Both the position numbers and the translations under genes were made by a program. The notes beneath the pieces were generated by a model. The model saw nothing but the letters and a program-made list of their open reading frames with translations, had not been told where the DNA came from and ran no database searches. From an uncultured Candidatus Saccharibacteria bacterium (lineage in GTDB: Bacteria; Patescibacteriota; Minisyncoccia; Phycocordibacterales; UBA918), in NCBI GenBank assembly GCA_964601615.1, contig CAZRNZ010000002.1, positions 142,826-206,825 on the forward strand: a stretch of DNA of 64,000 nt, read 5' to 3'. Numbering within the stretch: the stretch's first letter is position 1; each line of letters opens with the position of its first letter. This document shows positions 1 to 11,212 of this stretch, piece by piece.

Positions 1-1428
1 CTTCCAGTTGCAGCAGCTATTGGTGCAGGAGTTGGAACAAGATTTGCTTTGGGTACTGCTCTTAACGCAACTTATGTAAAAGATGCTAAAAATCGTCTTG
101 ACCAAGCAAGAAATAATCTTGGTGAAGATTTCTTTACCAAATCTTTTTTTGATGACGAAAAGATAATGGAACAGCTTTTTGTAGATGTTGGTGCTAGGGA
201 AGTGCAAGCAAAAACAGTTTCAAATATCGCTGGTGTAGCTGCTGGTATTGGTGCTGCTGGGTATGTTGGTAGTCTTGGACAAGAAGTTATGACTGACCTT
301 CCTGTGATAGAGCCAGCTCCATTACCCGAAACCCCAGAAGTTTCATTTGAACAATCAACTACAACAGGAGTTGTGGAGGATATTTCTCCAGTAAATGAGT
401 CTTTATCTGAAACTACTCCCGATGTGCAAAATATTTCAGAATCAACACCTGAAACAATCGCTAATCCTTCCGTATATGATATTGCTCCTGTTGAACAGGT
501 TGTGGCTAGACAGGCTGAAGCAGTTGTAAATACTGATGTTCCAAATGTTCAAACTGAAGTTATTCCAGAGAATCCTTCATCTTCTGAGGTCTCGGAGACT
601 GCTATATCTGAGACTGAAATTCAAGTTGAAGAAAACCCTGAAAGAGCTGAAGCTTTTGAAACTGAAACCTCAATGGTTTTACATACTGTAGAAAGTGGTG
701 ATAATGTTTGGAATATTATGGAAGGTAAAGGTTCTGACTCTAATCCTGTGGGCGGAAAGTCTGAGGTTTTAGAAGGCATGTCTTTAATTGAGAGACAAAA
801 TGCTTTGGATAAATTGATTGAATATGCCGAAAATAATCCAGAGTTTGCTAAAGAAGTTGGTGCAGTGAGAAGTGAAGGAAATATCAATAAGATTTATCCT
901 GGCGAACAAATAAATGTTTCAATTTTAGATGAAAAACTGCGTGAATTGTTAAATATTGAAGCACCTATAAATGAAGATACAATAATAGAATCTGCACCAG
1001 AAGAATCTATAAATCAATTTGAATCACAAGATGATGATCATTCACTATATCAGTCTGAGAATCAGAATACCTCAGTAGTGGATCAATATTCGCCCAATAC
1101 AGTGACTCCTTCAGAAGAGAGTATTTCTTATGAAGTTAATTTTGTAGAATCTTTAAATAGAACAGTCGGTGAAGTTGAGCGAGCGAGCGGTTTTATATTT
1201 AGTCGTCCAGATGTTTCGGGAACTTTTGAAATTCTAAAGGATTATAATTTTGGTGAAATAAAATCAATGGCGATGAATGGCTCATATCCTGAAGGAGTTT
1301 CTACCGATGGATTTGAAAGATGGACAGAGTACGTCAACGAGGCTTTTGAAAGGGGAATTGAGACTAATGACAATGAAAGTCTGGGTAGTTATGTTAATCG
1401 TGTTGTTATGACACAAGTCACAAGATAA
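1..1428 (+). CDS. Partial CDS, 5' end outside the window. Hydrophobic N-terminal segment, then an acidic S/T/E/P-rich low-complexity region with SE(S/T)TPE-like repeats, a possible LysM-like motif (HTVESGDNVWNIM ... IYPGEQINV), and a C-terminal globular part.
   Basis: The reading frame is open from nucleotide 1 (LPVAAAIGAGVGTRFALGT...) and continuous to the stop at 1428. The repeat and low-complexity composition is seen directly in the translation. The LysM resemblance is weak. Confidence 0.45.
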   Translation, partial: LPVAAAIGAGVGTRFALGTALNATYVKDAKNRLDQARNNLGEDFFTKSFFDDEKIMEQLFVDVGAREVQAKTVSNIAGVAAGIGAAGYVGSLGQEVMTDLPVIEPAPLPETPEVSFEQSTTTGVVEDISPVNESLSETTPDVQNISESTPETIANPSVYDIAPVEQVVARQAEAVVNTDVPNVQTEVIPENPSSSEVSETAISETEIQVEENPERAEAFETETSMVLHTVESGDNVWNIMEGKGSDSNPVGGKSEVLEGMSLIERQNALDKLIEYAENNPEFAKEVGAVRSEGNINKIYPGEQINVSILDEKLRELLNIEAPINEDTIIESAPEESINQFESQDDDHSLYQSENQNTSVVDQYSPNTVTPSEESISYEVNFVESLNRTVGEVERASGFIFSRPDVSGTFEILKDYNFGEIKSMAMNGSYPEGVSTDGFERWTEYVNEAFERGIETNDNESLGSYVNRVVMTQVTR

Positions 1429-1429
1429 T

Positions 1430-1735
1430 ATGACAACTGAAATTCAAAACAGAATAGAAGACCTGTTTCATTTCTCAGAAATGTCTCAAGATGAAAAGGC
1501 TATTTTCCTGGCCGACTTGGGTGGATTAATTATGGAAAGTTCTGTCACCAGATTTATTGCTGAAAGTGATGAGGCTTCTGGTACGGAGTTTACTCGTGTT
1601 CTGGGTATGTATGCTGATAAAGATGATTTGCATGTTATCTTGTCTGATATGTTCCCTTTGTTTAAAGCAATTTTGGAAGAAGAAACACAATCTTTTAGAG
1701 AAGATGCAGAAAGGGTTTTAGGTAATTCACAATAA
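1430..1735 (+). CDS. Hypothetical small acidic protein, 101 aa.
   Basis: Its start is tightly coupled to the upstream stop, and its stop overlaps the next start (TAATG). No motif recognised. Confidence 0.45.
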   Translation: MTTEIQNRIEDLFHFSEMSQDEKAIFLADLGGLIMESSVTRFIAESDEASGTEFTRVLGMYADKDDLHVILSDMFPLFKAILEEETQSFREDAERVLGNSQ

Positions 1736-2160
1736 TGGAAAAAATATTTGTACATTCTGATGGTGGATCAAGAGGTAATCCTGGTCCGGCTGGTATTGGA
1801 GTCATTGTAACTGGAGTTGATGGAGAAGTGATTAAGGAAATCTCAGAGTATATTGGTGAAAGTACCAATAATATTGCTGAATATTCTGCTGTTTTGCAGG
1901 GTTTGTTAAATCTTAAAGCAATCTATGGTGCGAAGACAAAGGATATTGTTTTTGATTGGAAACTAGATAGTGAGTTGGTGGTGAAGCAGTTGTCTGGAGA
2001 ATATAAAGTAAAAAATCCTGGATTAAAAGAGATTAATCAGTCAATTCAAGATTTGCGGAAAGATTTCCCGTTACTAACATTTACACATGTTCGTCGCGAA
2101 TTTAACAAAGAAGCCGACCGTCTGGTCAATGAAGCACTTGATGCTGCGATTAAATCGTAG
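1735..2160 (+). CDS. rnhA: Ribonuclease H-like protein (RNase HI family).
   Basis: Motifs SDGGSRGNPGPAGIG (N-terminal DG..GNPG) and TNNIAEYSAVLQGL (TNN.AEY). About 140 aa, typical of RNase H. Confidence 0.75.
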   Translation: MEKIFVHSDGGSRGNPGPAGIGVIVTGVDGEVIKEISEYIGESTNNIAEYSAVLQGLLNLKAIYGAKTKDIVFDWKLDSELVVKQLSGEYKVKNPGLKEINQSIQDLRKDFPLLTFTHVRREFNKEADRLVNEALDAAIKS

Positions 2161-2163
2161 TTC

Positions 2164-3663
2164 ATGGAGAGTAATGTTACTTGGTTTTACATTGCTACTA
2201 TTGCGTTTTGTTTAGGTATTTTCTTTCGGTCATTTTATCAGATAGGAATGCCAATGATTATCTGGTTTTGTTTGATCGGATTTGTGGTGGTGGTGATAAG
2301 GCGCAGATGGAACGAAGTTCCATCTGCGCCTTTATTATTGTTCTCACTAATAATCTTTTGTTTCTCTCTTGGCGCTCTTCGTTTGGAAGTGGCGAGTTGG
2401 AATGAAGTCAATCCTGTTCTAGATAGTAAAGTCGATACAGAGGTCACTCTAGAGGGGGTTATTAAGCAAGAACCAGATATACGTACAAACTCCATTCACC
2501 TTTATGTAGAGACTGAATATGGGCTTATTTTGGTAAAAACAGAAGTTGGTGGTGATTGGAGTTATGGTGATTATGTAATAGCTTCAGGAAAAATATCGAA
2601 ACCAGATTCATTTGAAACAGATTTAGGAAGAGAGTTCGATTATGCTGGTTATTTGTTAGCTAAAGGCGTTTCTTATACAGTCGGATTTGCTAAGGTAGAG
2701 AAAATATCAGAAGGAAATGGGTTTTTCTTAATAGAGAAATTATTGGATTTAAAAGGCCATTTTATGGCAAGTTTAGAAAAAGTTTTACCTGAACCACAAG
2801 TTGGTTTAGGAGAAGGATTACTTTTGGGGGTTAAGAGAGCTCTGGGAGAAGATTTGGAAAATTCTTTTCGCAAAACTGGAATAATACATATTGTGGTTCT
2901 TTCTGGCTATAATGTAATGATTGTAGTGGCTTTTATTCTTTATATTCTCAATTCAGTTTTAGGAAAAACAAAATCAGTTTGGTTTGGTATTGTAGGAATA
3001 ATTTTGTTTGCAATTTTAGTTGGTCTTGGTGCTACTGTAGTAAGGGCTAGTTTGATGGCTTGTTTATTGCTTATTATGAGTCTGACTGGAAGAACTTATT
3101 TAGTTTTGCGTGGATTGTGTGTGGCGGGGTTGGCTATGCTCTTATGGAATCCATATCTCTTGGTTTTTGATGTTGGTTTTCAGTTATCTTTCTTAGCGAC
3201 AATGGGTTTGATATTTATTTCTCCAATATTGATAGAAAAATTTTCTTTAGTACCTCAATTTATTGGTGTAAGAGAATTTCTTACTGCCACAATTGCAACC
3301 CAGATATTTGTTTTACCAATATTACTCTATCAGATAGGGGAGCTGTCAGTGGTTTCGGTTGTTGTAAACGTGCTAGTTTTACCAATGGTACCAATAGCAA
3401 TGTTGTTAACATTTATAACTGGGATTATCTCTCTGTTTTCTCCTTATTTTGCATTGCCAGTAGCTTATTTAGCTAACTTGTCACTCTCTTACATCATTTT
3501 TCTGGCAGAGTGGTTTGGTAACCTTCCATTTGCTGCTTTTGTAGTACCAGCATTTTCTTTTTATTTTGTACCTTTTGGCTATCTATTAATATTTATATTT
3601 TGGTACTTTATTAATTATTCCCCTGAATACTTAAAAGATTGGATAATTGAGGAAGAAAAATAA
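2164..3663 (+). CDS. comEC: ComEC/Rec2 family competence protein: N-terminal OB/DUF4131 part plus the polytopic competence membrane domain. The C-terminal MBL domain is missing here; see 4297..5175.
   Basis: Multi-TM protein with the VLSGYNVMIV motif and an overall DUF4131 plus Competence-domain architecture. 499 aa. Confidence 0.75.
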   Translation: MESNVTWFYIATIAFCLGIFFRSFYQIGMPMIIWFCLIGFVVVVIRRRWNEVPSAPLLLFSLIIFCFSLGALRLEVASWNEVNPVLDSKVDTEVTLEGVIKQEPDIRTNSIHLYVETEYGLILVKTEVGGDWSYGDYVIASGKISKPDSFETDLGREFDYAGYLLAKGVSYTVGFAKVEKISEGNGFFLIEKLLDLKGHFMASLEKVLPEPQVGLGEGLLLGVKRALGEDLENSFRKTGIIHIVVLSGYNVMIVVAFILYILNSVLGKTKSVWFGIVGIILFAILVGLGATVVRASLMACLLLIMSLTGRTYLVLRGLCVAGLAMLLWNPYLLVFDVGFQLSFLATMGLIFISPILIEKFSLVPQFIGVREFLTATIATQIFVLPILLYQIGELSVVSVVVNVLVLPMVPIAMLLTFITGIISLFSPYFALPVAYLANLSLSYIIFLAEWFGNLPFAAFVVPAFSFYFVPFGYLLIFIFWYFINYSPEYLKDWIIEEEK

Positions 3664-3695
3664 AATGCCCCGAAGCGAAGCTTCGGGGCATTTGG
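3664..3695. terminator. Bidirectional rho-independent terminator hairpin (GCCCCGAAGC-GAA-GCTTCGGGGC) between convergent comEC and sod.
   Basis: Perfect 10-bp GC-rich stem flanked by A-run and T-run. Confidence 0.7.
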
Positions 3696-4253
3696 TTAGA
3701 TTCTTTTAGCTACTGTTTCCCAGTTTAGATTTTTAAAGAAAGATTCAATGTATTTTACTTTCTCGCTAGGTGGATAGTCGAGCATGTATGAGTGTTCCCA
3801 CATATCTAGTCCAAGGACAATATCTAAGTCAGCCAATTGACCAAAGTGTTGTTCGTCTACCCAGGCAGAAACTAGCTGGTTAGTTTTGCGATCTATATAT
3901 AGCATCGCCCAACCTACTCCACGAGTCATGGCTAATTTCTTGAAATTTTCCAGGAACTTCTCAGCAGAACCCCATCTTTGCTCTAGTAGATTTTTAAATT
4001 CACCATCAGGAATATCTGTGGCACCTCCCTCAAATTGCGAGAAGTAGTATTCGTGGTTACGCATACCACCAAATTCAAAACCAAGACGTCGCATCATTTC
4101 AGCGCGAGCATAGTCGTCTCCCACATTCTCTAGTTCGTTATGAATGTGATTTACGTGCTTTACATAGCCTTGATAAAGCTTGTAGTGTTCGTCGATTGAT
4201 TGTTGTGAGATTCCTTCAAGTTCTGGAATGTTGAATGTTTTAGCTTCGTACAT
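3696..4253 (-). CDS. Fe/Mn-family superoxide dismutase-like protein.
   Basis: C-terminal GLDMWEHSYMLDY matches the conserved D..WEH..Y metal-binding motif. GGMRNHEYYF resembles the GGH.NH region. The N-terminal His-containing helix is present but divergent. 185 aa. Confidence 0.65.
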   Translation of the reverse strand: MYEAKTFNIPELEGISQQSIDEHYKLYQGYVKHVNHIHNELENVGDDYARAEMMRRLGFEFGGMRNHEYYFSQFEGGATDIPDGEFKNLLEQRWGSAEKFLENFKKLAMTRGVGWAMLYIDRKTNQLVSAWVDEQHFGQLADLDIVLGLDMWEHSYMLDYPPSEKVKYIESFFKNLNWETVAKRI

Positions 4254-4296
4254 AAGAAATAATTAAAGGCTAATGCTATGACATTATAATACGTAA

Positions 4297-5175
4297 GTGA
4301 ATGAAAGGATAATAAGGAAAAGGTTTTATGTAATTGGGCTGTTTTTGCTCTTTATTTTATTGATGTGGTGGCCGGAATTTGACGGAGTCAAATTCCGGCC
4401 ACCAGTCTGTAATCCCACGCTTCTTTGTGTCGTCTTTCTTGATGTTGGTCAGGGTGATTCTATTTTTATTCAGTCACCAACTGGTGGTCAGATGATAATT
4501 GATGGAGGAAGAGATAATAGTGTTTTGCGAGAAATTAGCGATGTAATGGATTTTTTCGATAGAGATATTGATTATATTTTAGTTACTCACCCAGACAGTG
4601 ATCATATTACTGGTTTAGTTTCTGTCTTAGATCGATATGAGGTTTCTGGTGTCATTAGGACTGAAAATGTTAGTCAAAGTGCCATTTGGCTTTCCTTTGA
4701 AGAAAGAATAAAAAGCAATAAATACAACGTGTTTTTTGCGAAACGTGGACAAAGGTATGACTTGGGCGGTGGTGTATTTTTAGATATTATTTTTCCTGAT
4801 ATAGACGTAAGTGATTTTGAAAGTAATAAGTCTTCTATCGTCGCTAGATTAACTTATGGTGAAACATCTTTTCTTCTGACAGGAGATTCGCCAAAAGGAA
4901 TTGAGGAATATTTAGTTTTGATCGAGGGCGATAGTCTTCAGAGTGATGTATTAAAAGTTGGGCATCATGGTTCCCGTACTTCTACTTCAGAGATGTTTCT
5001 CAGTGAAGTGTCTCCAAGTCATGCAGTTGTTTCTGCTGGTAAAGATAATTCCTATGGACATCCTCATTTAGAGGTTACTGATTTACTTTTTAATTATGGA
5101 GTAGAGATTTTAAATACATCCGACAAAGGAAAGATTGTATTTTGGTCTGATGGTCAATCACTAGAATTACGTTAA
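4297..5175 (+). CDS. ComEC-like metallo-beta-lactamase domain protein: an N-terminal TM helix plus an MBL fold, as in the ComEC C-terminus.
   Basis: FLDVGQGDSIFIQSPTGGQMIIDGG, LVTHPDSDHITGL and GHHGSRTSTS are the classic ComEC C-terminal MBL motifs. It is encoded separately from the comEC membrane domain, with a convergent sod gene in between. Confidence 0.7.
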   Translation: MNERIIRKRFYVIGLFLLFILLMWWPEFDGVKFRPPVCNPTLLCVVFLDVGQGDSIFIQSPTGGQMIIDGGRDNSVLREISDVMDFFDRDIDYILVTHPDSDHITGLVSVLDRYEVSGVIRTENVSQSAIWLSFEERIKSNKYNVFFAKRGQRYDLGGGVFLDIIFPDIDVSDFESNKSSIVARLTYGETSFLLTGDSPKGIEEYLVLIEGDSLQSDVLKVGHHGSRTSTSEMFLSEVSPSHAVVSAGKDNSYGHPHLEVTDLLFNYGVEILNTSDKGKIVFWSDGQSLELR

Positions 5176-5184
5176 TATTATTTT

Positions 5185-5523
5185 ATGAGAGATGAATCTT
5201 TCCATTTATTTGTAGTGCAAGATTTATTTGGTGATATTGATGGAGTTACATCAAAGCCTTTGTTTAGTGGATGGGGAATATATAAAGACGGTGTTATTTT
5301 TGCTTTGGCTCTTAATGGGGAATTGTACTTCAAAGTTAATGAATCAAACTTAAGATATTTTAAGGATATGGGAAGTCATCCTTTTAGTTATCAAACTAAG
5401 GTAGGAGAAAAAACTCTTAGCTCTTATTGGTTATTACCAGAAGAAATTCTGGAAAATAAGGATGATATAAATGAATGGGTAGATAGGTCTGTGGCGGCCT
5501 CGTTTCAAAACATAAAAGAATAA
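5185..5523 (+). CDS. TfoX/Sxy N-terminal domain-like protein (competence regulator family).
   Basis: LFSGWGIYKDGVIFALALNGELYFKVNESN...SHPFSY...SYWLLPEEILEN matches the TfoX_N pattern (GGyGlY.DG.mFAli.dd.LYlKvd..n...f...g..PF.Y......SYw.vPdevled). 112 aa, adjacent to comEC. Confidence 0.5.
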   Translation: MRDESFHLFVVQDLFGDIDGVTSKPLFSGWGIYKDGVIFALALNGELYFKVNESNLRYFKDMGSHPFSYQTKVGEKTLSSYWLLPEEILENKDDINEWVDRSVAASFQNIKE

Positions 5524-5560
5524 AAAGACCGAGAAGTTTTACTTCTCGGTCTTTTTATTC
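5523..5560. terminator. Bidirectional terminator hairpin (AGACCGAGAAGT-TTTA-ACTTCTCGGTCT) between the tfoX-like gene and convergent rpmB.
   Basis: 12-bp perfect stem with T-runs on both strands. Confidence 0.7.
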
Positions 5561-5566
5561 TTTATA

Positions 5567-5809
5567 CTAGATAAGTCCAGCTGCTTTTAGTGTCTTGAAT
5601 GCGCCGTTCTTTGCAATTGTACGAAGTCCCTTAGTAGAAACATTTACAGTTACATGAGAGTCAATCTCTGGAACGAAGATTCGCTTCTTTTGCAGGTTTG
5701 GAGAACGACGAACCTTACCACAAGGGTTAAACTGTGTCGCACGAGTGCGGTTAGAATATCGTCCACCAATTTGAGTGGTCTTGCCAGTTATTTCGCATTG
5801 CTTAGCCAT
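5567..5809 (-). CDS. rpmB: 50S ribosomal protein L28.
   Basis: MAKQCEITGKTTQIGGRYSNRTRATQFNPCGKVRRSPNLQKKR... is the typical L28 sequence. 80 aa. Confidence 0.85.
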   Translation of the reverse strand: MAKQCEITGKTTQIGGRYSNRTRATQFNPCGKVRRSPNLQKKRIFVPEIDSHVTVNVSTKGLRTIAKNGAFKTLKAAGLI

Positions 5810-5897
5810 AGTGGCGCAATACTACCATAATTAGTGGCTTACGCAAGCGTTTATAAGTCAAATGGGAAATATATTAGTTATTTGTTAGAATCCAGCT

Positions 5898-6089
5898 ATG
5901 AATAACACAGAAAATAACAAAAATACGACCGATACGTACTCTTACAAAGGTTGGCTTAATTCTGACTCTTTTCTAAAGCGTGCCTTTGGGGTTTGGGGAC
6001 ATATGTTTGTAGCCCAGCTTATTATTGGGGCAATAACTTTCTTCTTTGTTGTGTTGATGGCAATTTTAATTGGTATCGCGGTTTATTAG
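5898..6089 (+). CDS. Small membrane protein (hypothetical). Stop tightly coupled to the next gene.
   Basis: C-terminal TM helix. 63 aa. Confidence 0.35.
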   Translation: MNNTENNKNTTDTYSYKGWLNSDSFLKRAFGVWGHMFVAQLIIGAITFFFVVLMAILIGIAVY

Positions 6090-6092
6090 TAT

Positions 6093-6740
6093 ATGTTTGA
6101 AATAGCCTCAATAATAATCATTGCAGTACTGATAATATCTATTGTTCTGCATGAAATTGCCCATGGCTGGATGGCTAATTACCTTGGTGATCCAACGGCT
6201 AAGTTACAAGGAAGGTTGTCGCCAAATCCGTTGGTCCATATCGATCCAATTGGTTCTGTTTTAGTGCCTGGATTGTTGCTTTTGACTAATGCGGGAATAC
6301 TTTTTGGTTGGGCAAAACCAGTGCCTTATAATCCATATAACTTGCGTGACCAAAAGTGGGGAGAAGCTAAGGTTGCTATCGCTGGTCCGGTAGTAAACCT
6401 TATTTTAGCCTTAATTTTCGGCTTATTTATACGTTCTGCCGAATTTTTAGGATTAAGTGCCTCTGTAATTGAAATTTCATCCTATATTGTTTATATCAAT
6501 ATATTACTAGCTTTTTTCAACCTGATCCCATTTCCTCCACTAGATGGATCAAAGATAATTCAGCCTTTTTTGCCTTTGTCAGCTCAAATCGGATATCGCA
6601 AATTTGTGCAGAGTTTTGAGAGATTTGGCTTAATTGGCACCTTCTTATTTATCTTTATCTTTATAAATCTTCTTTGGACACCGTTTTCTAAAGTCGTTTT
6701 TGCAGTTTTTGAATTATTTACTGGACTTAGCGGTTTTTAA
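6093..6740 (+). CDS. Site-2 protease family (peptidase M50) membrane metalloprotease.
   Basis: HEIAHG (HExxH) inside the first TM helix. Polytopic membrane protein with an LDGS-type motif near the C-terminus. Confidence 0.75.
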   Translation: MFEIASIIIIAVLIISIVLHEIAHGWMANYLGDPTAKLQGRLSPNPLVHIDPIGSVLVPGLLLLTNAGILFGWAKPVPYNPYNLRDQKWGEAKVAIAGPVVNLILALIFGLFIRSAEFLGLSASVIEISSYIVYINILLAFFNLIPFPPLDGSKIIQPFLPLSAQIGYRKFVQSFERFGLIGTFLFIFIFINLLWTPFSKVVFAVFELFTGLSGF

Positions 6741-6808
6741 TTTTCTTTAAAATATCCCAAAGACTTGCGATTTTCTCTCATTTGTTGTAATCTTCACGCC
6801 ATTGATTT

Positions 6809-7222
6809 ATGGCAACAATTAAACAACTTATTAAGAAGAAGCGAGTTAATCCAGTCCACAAAAGTAAGGTTGGAGGTTTAGCTGTTGGTTTTGATAAAAT
6901 CAAAAACCGACCTAACTCATACAACTCACCTTTTAAGCGTGGCGTTTGTACTCGTGTTACAACCAAGACACCTCGTAAGCCTAACTCTGCGATTCGTAAG
7001 ATTGCTCGTGTTCGTCTTACAAACGGTCAGGAAATAACAGCTTACATCCCAGGTATCGGACACTCTTTGCAGGAGCACTCAGTAGTGCTTGTTCGCGGAG
7101 GACGTGTTAAGGACATTGGTGTTAACTACACTGTTGTGCGCGGTAAGTACGACTCTACAGGAGTAGATAAGCGTATGCAGGGGCGTTCACGTTATGGTGC
7201 TAAGAAGCCAAAGGCAGCTTAG
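6809..7222 (+). CDS. rpsL: 30S ribosomal protein S12, with an insertion of about 20 aa relative to E. coli.
   Basis: [60 protein letters not shown]. Confidence 0.95.
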   Translation: MATIKQLIKKKRVNPVHKSKVGGLAVGFDKIKNRPNSYNSPFKRGVCTRVTTKTPRKPNSAIRKIARVRLTNGQEITAYIPGIGHSLQEHSVVLVRGGRVKDIGVNYTVVRGKYDSTGVDKRMQGRSRYGAKKPKAA

Positions 7223-7277
7223 TCCAAAATATTAATCATTTAGAATTTTATTCGCTATAGATAATAGATAGGAAATT

Positions 7278-7748
7278 ATGCGAAGACCAGTAAAAAAGAG
7301 AAATATCCCAAAGCCAGACGTAAAGTTTGGTGATGAGACAGTAGAGAAGTTTATAAACTATGTAATGCTGGATGGTCGCAAAGAGACTGCTCGCAAAGTA
7401 GTTTACGCAGCTTTCGATGTTATCAAGAATGACAAAGAGGGTGGTGAACCATTAGAAGTATTCAAGACTGCGGTTCAGAATGCTGGACCACTTATGGAAG
7501 TTCGTTCACGTCGTGTTGGTGGTGCTAACTACCAAGTTCCTCGTGAGGTTCGTCCTGAGCGTCGTACTTCATTGGCATTTCGTTGGATAATCAACTCTGC
7601 TCGAAATCAAAAGGGTACTCCAATGTTCAAGGCTTTAGCTGCGGAATTGTTGCTTGCTGCTAAAAACGAAGGTGCTGCTGTGAAGAAGCGTGATGATGTA
7701 CATAAGATGGCTGAGGCCAACCGTGCATTCGCTCACTTCGCTTGGTAA
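7278..7748 (+). CDS. rpsG: 30S ribosomal protein S7.
   Basis: Typical S7 sequence with a conserved C-terminal region. 156 aa. Confidence 0.95.
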   Translation: MRRPVKKRNIPKPDVKFGDETVEKFINYVMLDGRKETARKVVYAAFDVIKNDKEGGEPLEVFKTAVQNAGPLMEVRSRRVGGANYQVPREVRPERRTSLAFRWIINSARNQKGTPMFKALAAELLLAAKNEGAAVKKRDDVHKMAEANRAFAHFAW

Positions 7749-7763
7749 TACTTTTTATAAAAC

Positions 7764-7800
7764 AAAAACCGCCGCATTTATGCGGCGGTTTTTGTTTTGT
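7764..7800 (+). terminator. Rho-independent terminator after rpsG (AAAACCGCCGCA-TTTA-TGCGGCGGTTTTT).
   Basis: 12-bp stem plus T-run. It separates rpsG from an inserted gene and from fusA. Confidence 0.7.
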
Positions 7801-7819
7801 CCTTTGATATAATTACTTA

Positions 7820-8647
7820 ATGGAAAGTTTTTCTAAAAATACATCAAATTCAGAAAAGGATAAAAATGGTTGGGGTAAGAATATTATAAAAGCCAGTGTT
7901 GTTGCAGGTATTTTAGCTGCCGCACCAACAATGAAGGCTGAGGCTCTGGAAATAGAACCAACCGCTTCTTGGAATCAAGGTATTGATGCTGCCAAAAACA
8001 GCGTACAAGAAGATATAAATGAGACACAGTTTACTTTCTTTAAGACAGGTGAAGGAGTTGGATATTGGTCTCCCATGACTGAAGGTGAAGTTGATACGGT
8101 TGCTCTTGAAGTGACAAAGATTACTCAAATAGCTAAAGAAAAGATATCTGGTGGAGAAATTGAGTCGATTTGTGTTGGACACACTCATCCAATTATTCCA
8201 GAATATGCTGAGTACTTTTCCGAGGGTGATGACAGGTGGAGAACCATATCTATTCCTCCTAGCGAGGGTGATATAAAAACAGTCTATTCGCTTGTTGGGG
8301 AGTTTATGAGATATGGCTTGGATCCTCAACATAATCTTGAATCATTTGCTGTGGATGCTAGAGGTGTTTGGTATTATGACTATGTCCACAAAGCAGATCT
8401 TGAGTCAGAAACTGAATTTGAGATGGTTAAGAATCATGGCTCAGAGGAAGCTAGAGGACAGTGGTTGCAAGATATGACTAGTTTCGTAAATGATACTATT
8501 GATCCCGATATTGATGTCAGAGAATTGGATTCATATAAGCAGTTGCAGCATTCTTATCGTGTGAATTTGGCAGCTAGTGTAAGGTTTGTGCCTTTTTCTG
8601 AAATTAATGAAGAGGCTCCTTGTGCTGGAGTTAGGCCTTCTGAGTAG
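7820..8647 (+). CDS. Hypothetical secreted protein inserted between rpsG and fusA.
   Basis: N-terminal signal peptide (IIKASVVAGILAAAPTMKAEA). Contains CVGHTHP...SEGDD and PPSEGD (a possible HxH...S..D metal-binding motif). Not recognisable as a known family. Confidence 0.5.
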   Translation: MESFSKNTSNSEKDKNGWGKNIIKASVVAGILAAAPTMKAEALEIEPTASWNQGIDAAKNSVQEDINETQFTFFKTGEGVGYWSPMTEGEVDTVALEVTKITQIAKEKISGGEIESICVGHTHPIIPEYAEYFSEGDDRWRTISIPPSEGDIKTVYSLVGEFMRYGLDPQHNLESFAVDARGVWYYDYVHKADLESETEFEMVKNHGSEEARGQWLQDMTSFVNDTIDPDIDVRELDSYKQLQHSYRVNLAASVRFVPFSEINEEAPCAGVRPSE

Positions 8648-8764
8648 TTTTTCAGGTTGCTCTAAGAGCAGAAATACCGTATAGTACCGGCACTTTCGTT
8701 AGCGCGGTCTGCGCTTTTGTTGATAAAGAAAGAATTACAAATAAAAAACAAGTTTATATAATTT

Positions 8765-10933
<2,169 letters not shown>

Positions 10934-10961
10934 TATTTCTTCTTAAGTTTAAAAAACACAA

Positions 10962-10997
10962 AAACAGACAACCTTGAAAGTTGTCTGTTTTTGTATT
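10962..10997 (+). terminator. Rho-independent terminator after fusA (ACAGACAA-CCTTGAAAG-TTGTCTGT plus T-run).
   Basis: Hairpin followed by TTTTGTATT. Confidence 0.6.
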
Positions 10998-11212
10998 CAA
11001 ATAGGTTGCATTTATTGATTTCTTGCTGTACGATACCGGCACCCGTTCACAGTTTTTTGCTGTGTAGGAATAGCGCTCTTTGAGAAGTGATGTGTGCCTA
11101 GTTGTAGTGCGATGTTCTCGCGCCACTACAATTGGAGCGCACGTCCTGCTTTTTCCTTTTTAACTAACAATTAGCAGTGTGCGGGCTTTAGTAACAAATA
11201 ATATTAATTATT

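Noticed and set aside
621-887. Antisense ORFs inside well-supported genes. Examples: 621..887, 7913..8332, 9791..10057, 11809..12114, 13392..13640, 16237..16916, 17154..17558, 42743..43198, 48880..49170 and 49396..49596.
   Set aside because: They overlap, on the opposite strand, CDSs with clear homology (EF-G, EF-Tu, r-proteins, FtsH, malic enzyme and others). Their translations are low-complexity with no motifs. They are typical shadow ORFs.
721-960. LysM domain in the first partial CDS.
   Set aside because: Only the flanking parts of a LysM-like pattern (HTVESGDNVW ... IYPGEQINV) are present, with an insertion of about 50 aa between them. It is too weak to call.
7820-8647. JAB/MPN metalloprotease assignment for the secreted protein, based on its HTHP...SEGD motif.
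   Set aside because: The spacing between the His pair and the Ser-x-x-Asp is longer than the canonical JAMM motif, and no upstream Glu context was recognised. It is kept as a hypothetical with a possible metal-binding motif.
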